Virus record (IMG/VR): IMGVR_UViG_3300044233_005517
Direction: 5' to 3' (one strand)
Source of the DNA: an uncultured virus (IMG/VR IMGVR_UViG_3300044233_005517)
Taxonomy: Duplodnaviria > Heunggongvirae > Uroviricota > Caudoviricetes
DNA: 20,000 nucleotides
Shown: positions 17,008 to 20,000 of the stretch, in pieces
How positions within the stretch are numbered: position 1 is the first letter of the stretch
How the letters are laid out: each line of letters begins with the position of its first letter
Notes under the pieces: generated by a model
What the model was told of the DNA's origin: nothing
What the model saw: the letters and a program-made list of their open reading frames with translations, nothing else
Databases searched by the model: none
Translations under genes and position numbers: made by a program

Positions 17008-17268
17008 TTAGGGGCTTGCTTTTGCCACAAGTGATAATCTGTCTTCGCGCTGTAGGTAGTGGGTTTCCCCTGAAGGAAGTAGGATGTGATAGTAGTGGTT
17101 TTTGATTTCTTGGCTTCGACCTGAACGTGTCATTCTGTAACCGGCTTTTTCTCTATGAGTGACCATGCCCGTTAAATAAAATGGTCTTTCTGAACGTTTC
17201 CATTCTTGGAAGTTTATGTAGGGTCTTTGAAAGACTACAAGGTCGCCTATCTGAAACTTATACTTCAT
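17008..17268 (-). CDS. GDLV-family SH3/KOW-like small protein
   Basis: FQIGDLVVF...GMVT...YHILL...LSLVAKA. Confidence 0.75.
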   Translation of the reverse strand: MKYKFQIGDLVVFQRPYINFQEWKRSERPFYLTGMVTHREKAGYRMTRSGRSQEIKNHYYHILLPSGETHYLQREDRLSLVAKASP

Positions 17269-17512
17269 CTTTAAAATGTCCTATAGGGTATATTCCATTG
17301 CGTAATTTTAAGACTTTTCCATCTGCTCTGCGAATTTTGTACACATAGTAAGCAACACCGTCAAAGACTTCATCAGATTTTCCTATTACAACTGCGGGAA
17401 TTGTGTCAGGTGGCTGAAGGTTTGCTCTTCTTGCTTCATGCATTGAGAGATTGCTTGTTGAGCGTTGTACAATGCATTCGACCAAATCTCCTACCTCAAA
17501 CTCAAATCTCAA
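17258..17512 (-). CDS. GDLV-family SH3/KOW-like small protein
   Basis: FEVGDLVEC...AVVIG...YKIRR; TTG start with SD GAGGT. Confidence 0.7.
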   Translation of the reverse strand: MRFEFEVGDLVECIVQRSTSNLSMHEARRANLQPPDTIPAVVIGKSDEVFDGVAYYVYKIRRADGKVLKLRNGIYPIGHFKDEV

Positions 17513-17539
17513 AATTTTACCTCGGTATTGAAAACGTAT

Positions 17540-17625
17540 CTAGGCGACCCCAGGGTATCCCCGTATAGGGTAGGACCTACATTCCGGGGGAGGGGTGGGA
17601 CTTACCCCACACCCAGCCCCAAAAC
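17540..17625. other. GC-rich non-coding island with short palindromes and G/C runs
   Basis: ACCCCAGGGT, GTAGGACCTAC, GGGGGAGGGGTGGG and GTGGG..CCCAC in an otherwise AT-rich window. Confidence 0.6.
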
Positions 17626-17629
17626 ATTT

Positions 17630-17812
17630 TTAATGGGTAATTCCCCTAACCACAATCTCACCTGTCTGTATTAGGGTTTGTGCTGTGCGCTGGTAATGAC
17701 CTTGCAGGTTAAGGATAAACCCGGTGTCCATTAGGTCTTGAAAGAAAGAAACAATTTCGTCCCATTCCATTTGTCCATCTTCATACTGAATGATCCTGTC
17801 AATAAAGTTCAT
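17630..17812 (-). CDS. Small conserved phage-type protein (YExG...FQxLxDTG...LQGHYxR pattern)
   Basis: ATG 17812 with SD GGAGG; MNFIDRIIQYEDGQM...FFQDLMDTGFILNLQGHYQRTA. Confidence 0.75.
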   Translation of the reverse strand: MNFIDRIIQYEDGQMEWDEIVSFFQDLMDTGFILNLQGHYQRTAQTLIQTGEIVVRGITH

Positions 17813-17847
17813 GTTATCGTCCTCCAAGTCCCTGTTATTATTATTGT

Positions 17848-18102
17848 TTATTCCCATACTCGAAGTTCCCAATTGTCCAGGTCTTCTTGTGGAACGATCT
17901 GAACACGAGATTGACACTGGGGCAAAAACTTGTTGATGTGTTTAGAAGTTGTGACAGACCACTTACGCTCTGTCTTGTAATCAACAGTAGGTCCACGAAC
18001 TGCTACAGGGGTTTCGTAAGAAAATAAAACTTCAAGGGTTCTTCCGTTTGGAAGCTTGCTGACTACTACTGTTTGGTTTGATCCGATGTTCTTGATTCTC
18101 AT
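17848..18102 (-). CDS. Small conserved phage-type protein (FSYxTPVA / SxTTSKHIN pattern)
   Basis: LFSYETPVAV...KWSVTTSKHINKF; SD GAGGAG. Confidence 0.8.
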   Translation of the reverse strand: MRIKNIGSNQTVVVSKLPNGRTLEVLFSYETPVAVRGPTVDYKTERKWSVTTSKHINKFLPQCQSRVQIVPQEDLDNWELRVWE

Positions 18103-18150
18103 TATGATTTCTCCTCAATCCTTTTGGTTAATGGTAGATGGTTAATGGTT

Positions 18151-18330
18151 CTAGTATGCGTACGACTCGCGAGCATACCCGTCATTGTTAGCGAAGTGCA
18201 TCCAATAAATGTCACGACACAAGTCACGAAGTTTTTTAGTTGATAGGGTAGGATCGACATCTTTTCCGAATCCTTCCAAGAAGTCGAGTAGTTCAATTCG
18301 TGAAGCGTTTTTGATTTCTGTCAAGTTCAT
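18151..18330 (-). CDS. Small hypothetical protein (59 aa), leaderless
   Basis: Manual translation MNLTEIKNASRIELLDFLEGFGKDVDPTLSTKKLRDLCRDIYWMHFANNDGYARESYAY; ATG 6 nt after the -10. Confidence 0.7.
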   Translation of the reverse strand: MNLTEIKNASRIELLDFLEGFGKDVDPTLSTKKLRDLCRDIYWMHFANNDGYARESYAY

Positions 18331-18336
18331 GGTTAT

Positions 18337-18405
18337 AATATATCTCCTCTGATCATGTTTGTCAAATGGTAAATGGTTATTTATTATCTTTTCTGTGCAA
18401 ACCCT
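18337..18405 (-). promoter_or_regulatory. Module repeat plus sigma70 promoter (copy 1)
   Basis: AGGGTTTGCACAGAAAAGATAATAAATAA (18405-18377) starts 40 bp upstream of TTGACA-17-TATATT. Confidence 0.8.
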
Positions 18406-18500
18406 TAAAGCTGGGACATCCAGAAAAGGACAAGCCCGATGGTATAAGTAAGACCACCAATAACGATGATTGCTGTTTTGTTTTTTAGTTCGTTATTCAT
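18405..18500 (-). CDS. 31-aa single-TM microprotein, leaderless
   Basis: MNNELKNKTAIIVIGGLTYTIGLVLFWMSQL; ATG 6 nt after the -10; TAA overlaps the next repeat. Confidence 0.6.
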   Translation of the reverse strand: MNNELKNKTAIIVIGGLTYTIGLVLFWMSQL

Positions 18501-18506
18501 GCTCTT

Positions 18507-18575
18507 ACTATACCTCGGTGTTATTCAGATGTCAACAAAAAAACTGATTTATTTAATCTTTTTTGTGGAAACCCT
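18507..18575 (-). promoter_or_regulatory. Module repeat plus sigma70 promoter (copy 2)
   Basis: AGGGTTTCCACAAAAAAGATTAAATAAA starts 40 bp upstream of TTGACA-17-TATAGT. Confidence 0.8.
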
Positions 18576-18768
18576 ACAGTCTATCTTCAATGCTCCCGAT
18601 TAAACCTTTGTCATCAAAAGCAATTGAGCACATGCGAATGGGATAGCCAATGATTGTGCGCTTGACCACTTCACACCGAAAGTCTGCGATATCCCATAAG
18701 TCGTTGTCAAAGACATACAGCAGCGGGACAGTGATTAACCCTATTATCATTAAACCTTTTTTGATCAC
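18574..18768 (-). CDS. Small membrane-anchored/exported protein
   Basis: N-terminal hydrophobic segment, 2 Cys; TAG overlaps the repeat. Confidence 0.6.
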   Translation of the reverse strand: MIKKGLMIIGLITVPLLYVFDNDLWDIADFRCEVVKRTIIGYPIRMCSIAFDDKGLIGSIEDRL

Positions 18769-19001
18769 TATCGAGAACCTCCCACAGAAACAGACGCATC
18801 AGGACGATAAGCCGGGATCCGTCGAAGGACCATGCAAGCAACCTTGCCATCATTAATCAGTTCAATAGCGGCATTCTGATATTTCTCATGCATGTCATAT
18901 ACCATTCCAGTGTCTACAAGCTCCTGAATGAAATCAATTCTTTCATCCTGGTTCATAAGGTTATTTGAAAAGCGATCCATTTTCTCTAAAATCCCGAACA
19001 T
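18768..19001 (-). CDS. Small protein, apparent paralog of 17630..17812
   Basis: FIQELVDTG...YQNAAIELINDG vs FFQDLMDTG...YQRTAQTLIQTG; SD AAGGAG. Confidence 0.75.
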   Translation of the reverse strand: MFGILEKMDRFSNNLMNQDERIDFIQELVDTGMVYDMHEKYQNAAIELINDGKVACMVLRRIPAYRPDASVSVGGSR

Positions 19002-19043
19002 AATTTTTCTCCTTTATGTTTCGTTTGATTGTTTATGTCTTGT

Positions 19044-19112
19044 ATTATAAGGGAAGGAACAAAGGTAGTCAACAAAAAAATGATTATTTATTATCTTTTC
19101 TGTGATTACCCT
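19044..19112 (-). promoter_or_regulatory. Module repeat plus sigma70 promoter (copy 3)
   Basis: AGGGTAATCACAGAAAAGATAATAAATAA starts 40 bp upstream of TTGACT-17-TATAAT. Confidence 0.8.
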
Positions 19113-19138
19113 TATTCCTTCCGGGACAGTGTTAATGC

Positions 19139-19297
19139 CTATGCAGGCTGAATCCAGAACTTATATCCTGGACCATATTGCTCTTGTCTCTTCTTACAGA
19201 TACCAAGTAGCTTATAAGGATTGTCCATCAATCCGGTTGACAATGGGACAGTGAATGTCTGACCGTTCGGTGTTTGCATCATTAGTTCCATACGCAT
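19139..19297 (-). CDS. Small hypothetical protein (52 aa)
   Basis: Manual translation MRMELMMQTPNGQTFTVPLSTGLMDNPYKLLGICKKRQEQYGPGYKFWIQPA; SD AAGGAG. Confidence 0.65.
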   Translation of the reverse strand: MRMELMMQTPNGQTFTVPLSTGLMDNPYKLLGICKKRQEQYGPGYKFWIQPA

Positions 19298-19311
19298 TAT
19301 TATGAGTCTCC

Positions 19312-19548
19312 TTATCCTAGGTTGATGGGTGTTTGATTGCCAAGAGAGACAACGGGTGAACCATCATTCATGTGTTCGGTCGTGTGACCAGTGTATACAA
19401 CGATCTGAAAGTCGTTGTCAGATTCCATAGATGCTTCTGCACGAAATAGATGGCGCATGGCAACTTGAAGATCTCCACGTGATTCGATAAGCTCACGAAG
19501 GTCGTTAGCAAGAGTGATGATTTTAATTTTCTTATCAGTGTTTGTCAT
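19312..19548 (-). CDS. Hypothetical protein
   Basis: 78 aa, SD AAGGAG, own promoter. Confidence 0.7.
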   Translation of the reverse strand: MTNTDKKIKIITLANDLRELIESRGDLQVAMRHLFRAEASMESDNDFQIVVYTGHTTEHMNDGSPVVSLGNQTPINLG

Positions 19549-19585
19549 GTTTGGTTCTCCTTATGACTAATTGTTTATACTGTGT

Positions 19586-19654
19586 ATTATGACAGAGTGG
19601 ATTGTGAAAGTCAATAATTATTTATTATTTATTTCACTTTTTTGTGTAAACCCT
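19586..19654 (-). promoter_or_regulatory. Module repeat plus sigma70 promoter (copy 4)
   Basis: AGGGTTTACACAAAAAAGTGAAATAAATAA starts 40 bp upstream of TTGACT-17-CATAAT. Confidence 0.8.
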
Positions 19655-19836
19655 TATTCGGGTAAGTCCTCCATCTTTTCTGCCATTTCTCTTAACTCTC
19701 TGGATGCCCACTCGTCAAGGATGGCATGTGCCTTTTCTTTCAATTCGACTGGGATCCCATCTACATTGCTTGCGTGATACAAAAGATCATCAAGAATCTT
19801 ATAAAGTTTGTAATCAGGTTTGTCTCTGTAATTCAT
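19654..19836 (-). CDS. Small hypothetical protein, leaderless
   Basis: 60 aa; ATG 7 nt after the -10; TAA overlaps the repeat. Confidence 0.7.
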   Translation of the reverse strand: MNYRDKPDYKLYKILDDLLYHASNVDGIPVELKEKAHAILDEWASRELREMAEKMEDLPE

Positions 19837-19843
19837 TATGTGT

Positions 19844-19912
19844 ATTATCTCAAATTAAACTTTGAATGTCAATAAATAAATTAATCTTATTTATCTTTTC
19901 TGTGAAAACCCT
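19844..19912 (-). promoter_or_regulatory. Module repeat plus sigma70 promoter (copy 5)
   Basis: AGGGTTTTCACAGAAAAGATAAATAA starts 40 bp upstream of TTGACA-17-GATAAT. Confidence 0.8.
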
Positions 19913-19937
19913 GATCATGTTGTAAAACAGGACAGTG

Positions 19938-19966
19938 ATTATATCATGTTTATCAGGGCTTGTCAA
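19938..19966 (-). promoter_or_regulatory. sigma70-type promoter with extended -10
   Basis: TTGACA-17-TATAAT with TGn; no complete ORF before the next repeat. Confidence 0.8.
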
Positions 19967-20000
19967 CCCCTGTTTTTACGTTTATTACGTTTCACTTTAT

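Noticed and set aside
13199..17512. Diversity-generating retroelement behind the array
   Set aside because: No reverse transcriptase and no near-identical TR/VR pair differing at adenines in this window
18102..18296. 64-aa ORF from the track
   Set aside because: The overlapping frame 18151..18330 has a promoter-aligned ATG and a more protein-like sequence
841..19777. All plus-strand ORFs in the track (e.g. 841..1221, 2256..2900, 6577..6969, 7348..7617)
   Set aside because: Antisense shadows of well-supported minus-strand genes or promoter regions, with no recognisable motifs
18377..19912. Repeats as a CRISPR array or integron attC sites
   Set aside because: Spacing is 170-542 bp and contains promoters and ORFs; the repeats are degenerate and non-palindromic; no cas or integrase gene and no RYYYAAC/GTTRRRY pairs
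1..20000. Stop-codon reassignment (alternative genetic code)
   Set aside because: Known genes are full length in code 11; TAG ends aceA at its canonical C-terminus (EEQF), and TGA/TAA ends fit gene packing

Overview
AT-rich, gene-dense segment with every credible gene on the minus strand, most consistent with a large (jumbo-type) tailed phage of a Gram-negative host; this is inferred from the small-ORF density, two CCA-less tRNAs, DnaQ/HNH/UvsE/LamG/KTSC/DUF1599-type genes and the absence of housekeeping operons. In transcription order (20000->1) it has four parts. (i) An early-type region (17.6-20 kb) of modules, each a ~29-bp repeat (AGGGT-N3-CACA-RAAAAG plus A-tract) starting exactly 40 bp upstream of a sigma70 -35 box, then a tiny ORF. 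(ii) A GC-rich palindromic/G-run island at 17.5-17.6 kb. (iii) A tandem array of 17 highly divergent ~60-85 aa paralogs with a (K/R)(I/V)GDLV SH3/KOW-like start (13.2-17.5 kb). (iv) A DksA/TraR-like Zn finger, KTSC, a complete glyoxylate shunt (aceB-aceA), uvsE, tRNA-Thr, a DUF2490-like outer-membrane beta-barrel, tRNA-Arg, HNH, DEDDh exonuclease, LamG protein, two HExxH proteins, acidic proteins, DUF1599-like and Fis-like HTH proteins, a promoter-driven structured RNA with a possible pseudoknot, and a partial TIGR01777-like oxidoreductase. Many genes appear leaderless. All family calls come from motif recognition, not database searches.
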